Shown piece after piece: positions 9,966 to 19,545 of a stretch of DNA of 64,000 nt. How positions within the stretch are numbered: position 1 is the first letter of the stretch; each line of letters begins with the position of its first letter. A model generated the notes under the pieces. The model ran no database searches and was not told the DNA's origin. It saw only the letters and a list, made by a program, of their open reading frames with translations. The DNA is from an uncultured Spirochaetota bacterium (GTDB taxonomy: Bacteria; Spirochaetota; UBA4802; UBA5550), in contig CAWHAA010000004.1 of NCBI GenBank assembly GCA_963827275.1, forward strand, positions 256,001-320,000, written 5' to 3'. Made by a program: the position numbers and the translations under genes.

Positions 9966-10529
9966 TCACTCGCCGCCCGATCTTTCCGGGGCACGGGCGC
10001 CGCCGTCCGGGCCCTGCTCCTGGGGCGGCATGTTCAGCGGCCGCACGGTCTTAATCTGGTTCCGCGGTATGCGCATGATGCCGCCGGTCGTGAGCACGGT
10101 GTAGGTCTCCCCGCGCGAGGTGATGGCCCCCTCCACGGTTTTCCCGTTGTAGAGAGTGATACGGTCGACCCATTCATAGTTTGAGCGGATGTCGTCGAGG
10201 GAGAGCGGCGCTGCGGGCGGTGGGGCCGGGTCGGCGCCGCGCGAGGTGAGGGCGTAGTAGGCCCCGTACGAGACCGATGCGACGGCCGCGCAGGTTATCA
10301 GGATCTTTGCGATGAGGACGCCGGCCCCCGCCTTTTTGAGCGCGAAGTAGAGCGGGAGGAACGCGCCGTAGAGGGCGGTGAACGCGCCGGCCGTTTTCAG
10401 GACGCGGACAAAAATCCCCTTTTTCGATTCGAGGATAGAATCCTGGAGATCGGGCGGCACGGGCCTGGCGAAGCGGTACCTGTCCAGGAGCTTTTCAAGA
10501 AGCAATGTTTCCTGATCGCGCTTGTTCAT
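9966..10529 (-). CDS. Membrane-anchored putative anti-sigma factor
   Basis: ATGA overlap with the ECF sigma gene; short N-terminus, hydrophobic segments, Pro-rich linker, small C-terminal beta domain. Confidence 0.6.
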   Translation of the reverse strand: MNKRDQETLLLEKLLDRYRFARPVPPDLQDSILESKKGIFVRVLKTAGAFTALYGAFLPLYFALKKAGAGVLIAKILITCAAVASVSYGAYYALTSRGADPAPPPAAPLSLDDIRSNYEWVDRITLYNGKTVEGAITSRGETYTVLTTGGIMRIPRNQIKTVRPLNMPPQEQGPDGGARAPERSGGE

Positions 10530-11059
10530 AGCAGGTCCTCTATGCTCGTGATGCCCCTGGATTTCAGGCGCTCCAGTATCCTGCGCGTCACCTGCCGGTA
10601 CTTGTAGTGCGCCTGCCGCCTGGTCAGGCCGAGGTGCTTCGCCGCCCGGTCGTACGAATAATGATTTATCGCCACGAGATCGAACAGTATCCGCTCCTTT
10701 TCGTCCCGGTAATTCCGCGCATCCCCGATTGCCTCGTGTATGATGATCCGGAGGTCCCTGAACCCGTTCTCGAACGCGAGATAGACGTTGTCCTCCATGT
10801 TGTCGATGTCGATGCTGCCGGAGTCAGACCCCTCTCCCCTGCGGTAATAGTTCGAGATGCAGAACCTCATGGCGCCGAGGAGCCAGCTGCGCGGGTCGCG
10901 CACCTCGTCGAATTTGCGGTAGAAGCTCACGAATATCTCGTGGCAGATGTCTTCAGCGTCTTCCCGGTTCACCACCCGCGCGACAAGCGCGTTCAGTACC
11001 ATCGGGTAGTAGTCGCTGTAGAGTCTCCTGAATTCCCGTTCTTTCTTCGAGAGCAGCAT
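10526..11059 (-). CDS. ECF-type RNA polymerase sigma factor
   Basis: Region 2 (FRRLYSDYY...DAEDICHEIF...SWL) and region 4 HTH (YSYDRAAKHLGLT); 177 aa. Confidence 0.88.
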   Translation of the reverse strand: MLLSKKEREFRRLYSDYYPMVLNALVARVVNREDAEDICHEIFVSFYRKFDEVRDPRSWLLGAMRFCISNYYRRGEGSDSGSIDIDNMEDNVYLAFENGFRDLRIIIHEAIGDARNYRDEKERILFDLVAINHYSYDRAAKHLGLTRRQAHYKYRQVTRRILERLKSRGITSIEDLL

Positions 11060-11220
11060 CCTCCCCGATGCTCCTTACTGTAGTAGTGGTTTTTTGTCGG
11101 ATATTACAAAAAATTTTTCCGGCGGGCGAAAATTTCATAAATCCGGGCTTTAAATGAAATAGGGCAATAGTGAAGATGTGTCCAGTAAAATTTTGTGTGT
11201 TATACGAAAATTGCGAAACT

Positions 11221-11460
11221 CCCCCCTGTCCCCCGAAGGGGGCATGCGAGATCATGCTTTTTGTAATGATCTTATCATTATCTTGCCGATCACTGCATTA
11301 TTATAAAATAGTCACAGCATTATTTTTTTACGCGACGACCTTTTCATTTTAATCATATCCTTCATGTTTCTAATAATACACCCATTGATTCGTGCCCCCT
11401 ATGGGGGACAGGGGGTTTTTCAGCTCCTTCACCCGTGCCCCCTATGGGGGACAGGGGGTT
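11221..11460. repeat. Three copies of a GC-rich palindromic REP-like unit (one inverted, two direct)
   Basis: CGTGCCCCCTATGGGGGACAGGGGGTT identical at 11391-11417 and 11434-11460; near-identical reverse complement at 11221-11245. Confidence 0.85.
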
Positions 11461-11527
11461 CTACACCTTCCGGGGTGCAGGATCTCATGCAGGCATGCAT
11501 TTTTATTAAATTTTTTCATTCCACCAC

Positions 11528-11556
11528 TTGACGAAACGGTATATTTTATGTATTAT
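11528..11556 (+). promoter_or_regulatory. Sigma70-like promoter of trxA
   Basis: TTGACG-N17-TATTAT. Confidence 0.6.
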
Positions 11557-11617
11557 AGATATTGTTAAAATACTAAAATACATGACGCGCATGGTGCGCG
11601 ATACGGCGAGGATAATA

Positions 11618-11971
11618 ATGGAACAACTGACGAAGGACACCTTTAAGGAAAAAGTCTTTGATTTCGAAACGAACACGGAATGGAATTATAAGGGAGAGCT
11701 TCCCGCGATAATTGATTTTTACGCGGACTGGTGCGGGCCGTGCAAGATGGTGGCGCCCGTGCTGCAGGAGCTGTCGGACGAGTACGCGGGCAAGATCAAC
11801 GTTTACAAGATCAATACCGACAGCGAGCGGGAGGTGGCCGGGGCGTTCGGCGTGCAGAGCGTGCCGAGCCTCCTCTTTATACCGGTCGGCGACAAGCCGC
11901 AGATGGCGGCCGGCGCGCTCCCGAAGAGCGTTTTCAAGGAAATCATCAGGGACGTGCTGAAGGTTAACTGA
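11618..11971 (+). CDS. trxA: Thioredoxin
   Basis: IDFYADWCGPCKM, SVPSLLF. Confidence 0.95.
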   Translation: MEQLTKDTFKEKVFDFETNTEWNYKGELPAIIDFYADWCGPCKMVAPVLQELSDEYAGKINVYKINTDSEREVAGAFGVQSVPSLLFIPVGDKPQMAAGALPKSVFKEIIRDVLKVN

Positions 11972-12010
11972 TCGTTAGTTGCTCTGACCCTCCCATAATA
12001 TTATTGAAGC

Positions 12011-12045
12011 AGGGGCGGTAATGGGCAGATTACCGCCCCTTTTTA
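12011..12045 (+). terminator. Rho-independent terminator after trxA
   Basis: AGGGGCGGTAAT...ATTACCGCCCCT followed by TTTT. Confidence 0.85.
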
Positions 12046-12150
12046 TTAACACTCATCGAATAAATGATTAAATATTTTTACTCTGACCCCGTGTTTTTCA
12101 CCTTTAAACTCGAAAATGCGGCCTGTCCGGGCCGGAAAACATGAAAAAAT

Positions 12151-12179
12151 TTGACATTGCTCCACCGGTGGAGTATTTT
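12151..12179 (+). promoter_or_regulatory. Sigma70-like promoter with a perfect 14-bp palindrome in the spacer
   Basis: TTGACA 12151-12156, CTCCACCGGTGGAG 12160-12173, TATTTT 12174-12179. Confidence 0.6.
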
Positions 12180-12309
12180 CATATGGTGCGCATAAAGACG
12201 AGGGCGCACCGGCGAGGTCAAGGGTATGCCTGTCGTAATTGTATCCTGGCTGCTGAACTGTTGGCCGATCCATGTGTAAACTATATGATATGACGGGAGG
12301 TTGTTATCC

Positions 12310-12483
12310 ATGAGAGTAAAGCTGATTCTGGTCCTGCTGGTGTGCGCGCTGGGCCCGGGACTTGTTGCCCTGACCGGCTGTAAAGAAGAGAAGAAGTCGT
12401 TGAGTCCGGCATCCACCCTGCTGCTGCTGAACGCCGGCCAGCAGACGTTTTTTCCGGTGATTCCAAAAGGCGTGGCAGAGTAG
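12310..12483 (+). CDS. Small lipoprotein (57 aa)
   Basis: GGGAGG RBS; hydrophobic signal with lipobox LTG-C followed by KEEKK; ends IPKGVAE. Confidence 0.7.
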   Translation: MRVKLILVLLVCALGPGLVALTGCKEEKKSLSPASTLLLLNAGQQTFFPVIPKGVAE

Positions 12484-12493
12484 GGGGCGGGAC

Positions 12494-13598
12494 ATGAATA
12501 AAAGAAAAAAATGTAATTTTAAAATCATGAAGTTGGTGGCGGTCGCAACGATGGTTATTGCGATCTTTGTCGGCATTTCCCATGTGGGTTCCGATAAGGC
12601 CGATCCGTCCAAGCTTGTCATAAATTCGACAGGATTTAATAACGCCTTTGCTGATTCACTTGGCTGGCAGGGTGTCAGAAGCATTGCAACGCTATCCGGG
12701 CAGCATCGCAAACCTTTAATACGCTTTACAATTCTATACACAGATGGGGTTTGTTGCTGAATTATAGCATTGATTTAAATGGCCCAATTGTCGGAACGGA
12801 TCTATTGGTTTTATGTGAGCTATTAATCATGGATGTAAATCCGCGACAAGCTCAGTTGATATCGGTCCGGTTGATTATACGAACGTTATTCAAATCAAGC
12901 ATGGGACCACGAGCGACGCCGGCGGCACTGAGATATTCCAGTTGTTTTTTGACAATCTGAGCGATTCGTCAGGCGGCAATGGGTGTCTTCTTATCGTCAG
13001 GCCCTATTATTTTGAAACGCGGGGACGATGTTTGTCAGCGACGGAGTTTTTGAAGGCAAGAATACGAAACCGGCTGCTGAGACAATAATGCACATCTCAT
13101 TCCAGCGGGCATCCCTGGAAAACAACCACTCTGGCGGAACGGTCACTCATATCCAATAGCGGGCGCGGAAAAATGATTGATGACGGGACGAATTATAATG
13201 TCACCGGCCTGGTATATACGTCATGTCGATGGCTCTGATATTGCCCATATGTATACCTGTGCATGCCGGCTCCTGGAAATACATATTACACGCTGGCTTT
13301 TATAGCACAAAAAGCTTCCCCGAGTTACAGTACCGCGCTCTGGGGCTGGAGTGATAGTGCGAAAAATGACCGGGTTTGTCTTCCGCTTTTAACAATCCTT
13401 TGGTAATTATGGATATTTCAACTCTACTCAGGGATGTGTTTGTGATGGTATGCCTGCTGCTGCAGATTGCCCGGAAAATTCCAGTTATCCCTCCGGTGCT
13501 GCTGTGAGCACCCTCTATATAATATGGCGAATACAGCCCAGGAATTTTCTGCAGCGAGTATAGCCAGCCCTGGTGTTGCATTTGTAACTTTTGATTGA
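12494..13598 (+). pseudogene. Heavily frameshifted gene for an exported protein of about 360-370 aa (pseudogene or sequencing errors)
   Basis: Signal peptide at 12494, then protein-like segments in alternating frames (EIFQLFFDNLSDSSGGNGCLLIVRPYYF; GRGKMIDDGTNYNVTGLVY; GNTYYTLAFIAQK; NYGYFNSTQGCVCDG) ending VAFVTFD-TGA just before a terminator. Confidence 0.6.
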
Positions 13599-13615
13599 CC
13601 AATCGGAATGTTTTA

Positions 13616-13652
13616 ATAAAAAAAGGGTGGCATGTGCCTCCCTTTTTTTATT
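13616..13652. terminator. Bidirectional terminator
   Basis: A-run, GGGTGGCA-TG-TGCCTCCC, T-run between convergent genes. Confidence 0.7.
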
Positions 13653-13693
13653 TTGAACAATAATTGCGGTAATTATTTTACTTATCCTTCCGC

Positions 13694-14032
13694 CTATCCC
13701 CCGAATTCTTCCCTGAACCGCTCGCCGGTCATGATGGTGAAAAACTTGTTCAGGGTCATGAGCTCGAAGGTGTGCTGTATGCCGGGGCTCAGGTCGAAGA
13801 AGATGAGCTTGATGTCCGTCTCTTTTGATTTCCGCAATATTTTCACCAGCGTGGCGATGGCGGTTGAATCGACGCCGATCAGCTCGCTGCAGTCAATGGC
13901 GATGAGGCCCGGCTTCTTCGCCAGCATGTCGCTGAAGGCCTGCTCCATCTCCTTGATGTTCGCCAGGTTCCATTCGCCCCGGGCCGTGACGGTGATCCTG
14001 TTGCCCTTTTCCTGGTAGGATATATTTTCCAT
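13694..14032 (-). CDS. STAS-domain anti-sigma factor antagonist
   Basis: IAIDCSELIGVDSTAIATLV (conserved DS phosphosite), IQHTFELMTL. Confidence 0.9.
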   Translation of the reverse strand: MENISYQEKGNRITVTARGEWNLANIKEMEQAFSDMLAKKPGLIAIDCSELIGVDSTAIATLVKILRKSKETDIKLIFFDLSPGIQHTFELMTLNKFFTIMTGERFREEFGG

Positions 14033-14188
14033 GCCCCATACTCTGCACGGATAGAGGCAAATTGTCAAATACAATATTTTTATTGGTATGCCGGCCGGGG
14101 GGAAACATTTTAATAATACATGCGGGGTTGCATCCCGTATGTTGGTTAACTATAACAATTTTTTCAGTGATGCCTGAGCGTGAAAGGC

Positions 14189-14926
14189 TTACTTCTTGAT
14201 CTCGATCACCGAGCAGACCTCGCCCGTGTCATCGGAGGCGGACTTTTCATTATAGGTGTCGGGCGACCATTCCCCGTCGATTATGTACTTGTAGCGGTAC
14301 CCGATGCCGGGATAGAGTTTTTTCCTGAGGCGCCAGATGCCGTCCCGGCCCTTTGTGAGCAGGTCGTCCTCCGGGTTCCAGTGGTTGAAGTCGCCGACGA
14401 GGGACACGATGGAGGCGCCGGGCCGCCATACGCGGAACTCCACGGTGTTTTTACCGACGCTCCGCCAGGTGACCTGACGGCCCTCGGTCTTCACTGCCGG
14501 AACGGCCACCGACAGGTAGGAGCCCATGCCGTCATCGACCCGCTCCTGGTTCTGCGGGTCCGTGATCCAGGTGCCGTCCACCAGGTACTTGTAGGTGATC
14601 TCCCGGCCCCGTTCGCCCGCGGGCAGGAAATAGTACCACACGCCGCCGGCGGAGCGCTCCATGGGAACGGTCTTCCAGGCGCGGAAATTCCCCGCGATAT
14701 GGACCGACCGGGCGCCCCTGTTCCGGTAGGAGAAGAGCGTCCCCTCCGGGGCCAGCATGCTCTGCCCCGGCCTGCGGCCCGAGTATACCAGCCGTACCGC
14801 CTGCGGCGCGTCGCTCCGGCTGAGCGAGCGGAGCGAGCTCTGGTAGATGGTCCTCATTCCCGCGTCGTCATAGCTGAAGGAGAGGAACAGGAGCGGCAGT
14901 GCGGCAATCAGGGCTTTATATCTCAT
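14189..14926 (-). CDS. Exported protein with tandem glycogen-binding (CBM48/AMPK-beta-like) domains
   Basis: Signal peptide; two units of V.(I/L).G.F..W...G.W...Y.Y..DG.W..D. Confidence 0.88.
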   Translation of the reverse strand: MRYKALIAALPLLFLSFSYDDAGMRTIYQSSLRSLSRSDAPQAVRLVYSGRRPGQSMLAPEGTLFSYRNRGARSVHIAGNFRAWKTVPMERSAGGVWYYFLPAGERGREITYKYLVDGTWITDPQNQERVDDGMGSYLSVAVPAVKTEGRQVTWRSVGKNTVEFRVWRPGASIVSLVGDFNHWNPEDDLLTKGRDGIWRLRKKLYPGIGYRYKYIIDGEWSPDTYNEKSASDDTGEVCSVIEIKK

Positions 14927-15309
14927 ATACGCGGACCTCTGGAATCCCCACGGAACATTATTTTTTTTGCGGCATCTCTATATCAGGAAATCGACGCATT
15001 GTCGATTATTCATTACGATTAATTGTCGGCCCGTTCCGCTCTCCCGGGAAAATGGCCGCAGTGTAAAAATATTATATAGTGTATTCTTATGATAAATATG
15101 TCGATACTTGTAATGAAAATATTTATATTAATATCGGGAACATCGAAAATTAGCGGCCTGTTTTACGGCCGGCCCGGCGACACGGCGGAAGTTCACCGCG
15201 AGGGCCCCCTGCCCGGGCGATGGTAAAAATTGATTGATTTTTATTGAGTACGCGTGTATAGCTGATTATGTCGCGTCTTGAGGGCCAAATACCGGTACCG
15301 GGAACAAGA

Positions 15310-18300
15310 ATGGCTGAAGTCGAAGAGATATCATACACCTCCGAAGAGCTCGAGGAGATCGAGCGGATCGTTGACCTGGTCGCGCGGAGCGGGAGGAAGC
15401 CCGTCGCGGCGCGCGAGCCGGCGCCGGCGCATACCGAGGCGGCCGTCAGCGAGCGGGAGGAAGCGCCGCCGCGCGCCGTCGCGGAAGAAGACTATCACCC
15501 CGCGCCCGACTCCTTCAGCGAGCCGGAAGACCTCGCGCTGCCCTTAACCGATTTCGATCACCTTGCAGCGGGTAAAACACCGGCGGCCCCCGCAGGAGAG
15601 GGCGCCGTCCCCGTCGAGGACATAACCGGCCTGCTCCACGAGGTGGAGGAAAAATTCCCGGGGATCAAGGGAACGCCGGCGCCCGAACCGCTCGAAGACC
15701 TCTCGCTCGAAATGGAGGAAGTCCCGGAAAAGCCGTCACCCGGGCCCGCGCAGGCCGGGGAGGAGAGGCTTACGCCGCTTGACGAGCTGGACCGCCTCAC
15801 CAGGGACGAGCCGGAATCCCTCGACCGCGCGGACCGCGCGCCGGCCGATACCTTTGCCGGGGAGAAGGGCCCCGCGCGGCGCGAGACGCCGCGCTTCGAC
15901 ATGCCCCCGGCGATGAAGGGGGGCGCACCGGTCGCACCGGTCATCGAGGAAGAGGCACTGCCCGAAGAGATGGCGCTGCTGGATGATATTGAGACGGAGC
16001 CCGCCCCCGCCGCGCCGGCCCCGGATGCGGGTATCGGAAAAGAGATACCGACCGATATACCCGATCTTTCAGAAATATCGTTTGATGATAAAGTCGAGAT
16101 GCCCGAGACGCGCGCGGCTGACGTGCCCGCCATCAATATCGAAGACGAGCCTGGCCCCGCGGCGGGGCCGTCCATGGACGAGCTCACCGACGAAGACCTG
16201 GCATCGATCAAGGACATGGGGGAATTCCGCGAGGAGCCGCTTGTCAGGCCCACCAGGGACATACTGAGCCAGGTAAAGCAGAAGGAAGAGGCCCGGGTGA
16301 CGACAGCCGCGCAGGAGACGCCCGCGGCCGACGAAGAGCCGTTTGAGATAGAGATGCTCGAAGAAGAGGTCCGGCCGGAAAAACCCGCGCGGCCGGCCGC
16401 TGCCGCCGCGGGGGGAGACGGGATCGATCTCTCCGACCGGGACCTGAAGCGGCTGACGAAGTCGATCCTGCTCTTTTCACCGTCTGTCCGCCAGGCCGTG
16501 AAGGACACGGTGATAAATGATCTCATGTCACCCAGGGACACGCGGCAGCTCATCACCATGATCCTCTCCGGGGCGCCGGAAAGCGATGTCCGCCGTTTCC
16601 TCGAAAACAAGCTCAAGAAGGAGATCCCGGTCGGGCCGGGCCGGGCAGCCCCCGGGCGAAGGGTGATCACCGCCCGTCCCGAGTACACGGCGATGGGCAG
16701 GGACCGCCAGAGGCGCCTCTTCACCATGACCAAGATCGTCGGCGGGGCGGTGGCCACCGCCTGCATCCTGGCGATCGTCGGCTACCAGTTCATATACAAG
16801 CCCTTCATGGCGCGGCGCATGATACGCGAGGGCTCGGCCCTCATCCGCGAGAGCGGCGACTACATGAAAAAGCCGAAAGACTACGCGAAGGCGGAAAAGA
16901 TCTTCCGCGACGTGGACGAAAATTACATCAAGGACTTCGCCGAGGGGTACACCGCGTACTCCCGCGCCTATTTCGACAAGAAGGAATACCTGTTCTCCAT
17001 CCAGAAGCTGAACAGGCTGTATGCGATCCAGAGCGGCAAGGAACGGGCCCATGACCTCTCGCTGCTGAACGACCTCGGCTATTTTTACTCCAGGGTGCCG
17101 GCCGGAGTTCTACAGCGGCATCCGGCTCAACATCGACCGGTGGTATTATCCCGGCAGCGGGAAGAGGCGTGAGGAGTGGTCGCAGCTTGACGTGGCGATC
17201 GAGTTCTACCGCCGTGTCCTGACCCGGGACAAGGAGAACATAACCGCGCTCTTCGGCATCGGCAACGCCTATTTTTTCCAGCGCGACTACTTCAAGGCGA
17301 AGAAGTATTACGAGGATATCGTCCGGCTCGAGCCTGATTCCGAGGTGGGGTATTCGGGCCTGCTGAACCTTTACATCGAGCGCGACGTGTTTGAAAAGGT
17401 GGTCGATGTGCACGCGCAGCTCGCGGACAGGAACATGATGGAAAAGGCGCCGTCGGCGCTGCTGGCGAAGCTGGCGTCCTATTACCTCGATAAGCAGAAA
17501 TCGGCAGACGCCAACGTGCGGATCGATTACGGCGTCCAGTCAACGCGCTTCAAGGACGCCGATGACAACATCTTCCCCGCCGTGTACGGGGTGCTCGAAG
17601 CGCTGAACAAGCGCGATGAGAACTACCCGCCCCTGCACCTGCAGTACGCGCGCCTGAACAGGGCGCAGAACAACCTGAAGCTGATGAAGATACACCTCGA
17701 GAAGGCGATCAGGCTTTCGAAGGACAACTACAACGCCGATTATTTCGGCGCCCTGCACCTCATGGGCGAGTACTATTACCAGTCGCGCGAGCCGGTGAAG
17801 GCCTACGAGACGCTGAACCGCGCCATCACGGCGGCGGGCAACCCGCCGGATTTCACGCGCGAGGATTTTTACAGGGAGACCGAGAGCACCGGCAAGTCGT
17901 ACGCCCTTCTCGGTAACATCTTCTATTATTATTTTGACAAGGTGCGCATGCGCTACGGCGACCTGGAGGACGAGGAGACGGAACAGGAAACCGACCGGCT
18001 CGCCAATTTCCAGATCGCGCGTGACAAGTACGAGAAGGCCCTGCAGGAGGGATATGAATCGTCGGAGGTGCACTACAACCTCGGCCGGGTCTACTACCTG
18101 GGCAGGCTCTACCGGAAGGCCCTGGACCAGTGGCTCAATCTCTACGAGGACTTTGTGGAGAAGCCGGAGATCATGTTCGCCCTGGGGAACGCCTTCTACC
18201 ACATGGGCAGCTACGACGCGGCCAAGGGCGAGTACCTGAAGCTCATCTCGGCGTATGAATACGACATGGACAGGATGAAGATCGCGCGGCGTGACCTCGA

Positions 18301-18562
18301 GGGGCACGTGAAGATGATACTGTTCCTCTCGGCGGCGTACAACAACGTGGGCGCCGTGTACCAGGCCCTGAACAACGAGGCCAGGAGCGACATCAGCTAC
18401 TGGAAATCGATCGACTGGGCGCAGCAGATCAACACCGACAACGAGTTCGCCCGGGTGAACCTGGCCCGCTCCTTCAAACGGCCGGGAGAGGGCGGCGAGC
18501 CGGTCCTGGACGAATCCATCCCCTACAGCCTCGATTATTACCGCGAAGACCTGCGCAAGTAG
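15310..18562 (+). CDS. flcA: Periplasmic flagellar collar protein FlcA-like (acidic N-terminus, one TM, TPR C-terminus); frameshift near 17103
   Basis: ORFs 15268..17172 and 17192..18562 join via YSRVPA/EFYSGIRLNIDRWYY...LDVAIEFY; TM followed by YQFIYKP and multiple TPRs. Confidence 0.7.
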
Positions 18563-18569
18563 CGGGCGT

Positions 18570-19031
18570 TCACTTCTTTTTCCTGCCTTCGGCGTGCAGG
18601 AGGACCGCGTACTCGAAACCGTCGATCAGCACGTTGAATGACGCCGCGTTGATGTTCTCGGAGAGCGAGTGCACCTTCCACACGCTGATCCCGTCGGTGA
18701 AAAGGATCGTCACCTCAACGTCGGTGCTGGTGCCCCGCTTCGAATCCATGATGACCGCGCGGAAATCGACGAGCTTTACCCTGGCGAGTTCCGGGAAGAG
18801 CGGGGTGAGCCCCTTCTTGAGCACGTTGGCAAGGGCGTCTACCGGGCCGTTGCCGGTGGAGGCCTCGTGGATGACACGGCCCCGGGATTCGATCTGTACC
18901 GTCGCCTCCGGCTCTATGCCGTTGTCGATCAGGCGGTAGCCGCCGACGATCTGGAACGGGGCCCGGTATTTCTTGAGCGACCGGGCGATGGCCAGGTCCC
19001 TGGAAGCGTCTTTGATGTCGTAATTCAGCAT
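18570..19031 (-). CDS. Stand-alone LeuA/CimA allosteric (regulatory) domain protein
   Basis: EATVQI...HEASTGNGPVDAL...LVDFRAV...SENINAAS. Confidence 0.85.
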   Translation of the reverse strand: MLNYDIKDASRDLAIARSLKKYRAPFQIVGGYRLIDNGIEPEATVQIESRGRVIHEASTGNGPVDALANVLKKGLTPLFPELARVKLVDFRAVIMDSKRGTSTDVEVTILFTDGISVWKVHSLSENINAASFNVLIDGFEYAVLLHAEGRKKK

Positions 19032-19047
19032 GCGCGCACCCCCCGTG

Positions 19048-19536
19048 TCAGTGTATTGCGGTCCCGGTGAGAGGAGATATTGTTTCGCTCGCGCCCGAGC
19101 CGTATTTCAGGAGTATCCGGTCGGAGCGGAAGCTGTATTCGCACAGGTCGTCGTGTATGCGGTGGTACCAGATTTTCTTCCCGTCCGCACAGTCCACCTT
19201 GATTAAAAAAAATTCTTTGTTCCCGTCGGTGAAGATGAGGTACAGGTGTCCCTCGAAATGTATCTGGAAATACGCCTTCCCCGGTATGAACCATACGGTC
19301 GCCCCGGTTGACTGCGCCAGCGCAAGGAAATAGCCCCTGACGTCATCGGTTTCGCATGCGAGATAATACCTCGACGCGTCCTCGGTGACGGTGTCGATGA
19401 GGCTGATGTCGGTTATCTTCTTGATCCAGAGGTTCTTGCCGTTATTCGGCCCCCTGCACAACAGGACCGATTTGCCGCTGTCGTAGCAGAGGGTGCCGCT
19501 TTCCATCTCGAATATCTGGGAATAGGCCTGTTCCAT
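19048..19536 (-). CDS. Hypothetical protein with PQQ-like beta-propeller repeats
   Basis: Repeated GKNLW, GATVW and GKKIW motifs. Confidence 0.6.
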   Translation of the reverse strand: MEQAYSQIFEMESGTLCYDSGKSVLLCRGPNNGKNLWIKKITDISLIDTVTEDASRYYLACETDDVRGYFLALAQSTGATVWFIPGKAYFQIHFEGHLYLIFTDGNKEFFLIKVDCADGKKIWYHRIHDDLCEYSFRSDRILLKYGSGASETISPLTGTAIH

Positions 19537-19545
19537 CTATTCCGT

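Noticed and set aside
11391..11460. Two identical 27-nt repeats as a mini CRISPR array
   Set aside because: Only two direct copies, a 16-nt spacer, a third copy inverted, and no cas genes
13236..13244. In-frame TGA-TAT-TGC as a second selenocysteine site
   Set aside because: Lies in a region with many indels, has no redox-fold context, and an alternative frame reads through plausibly
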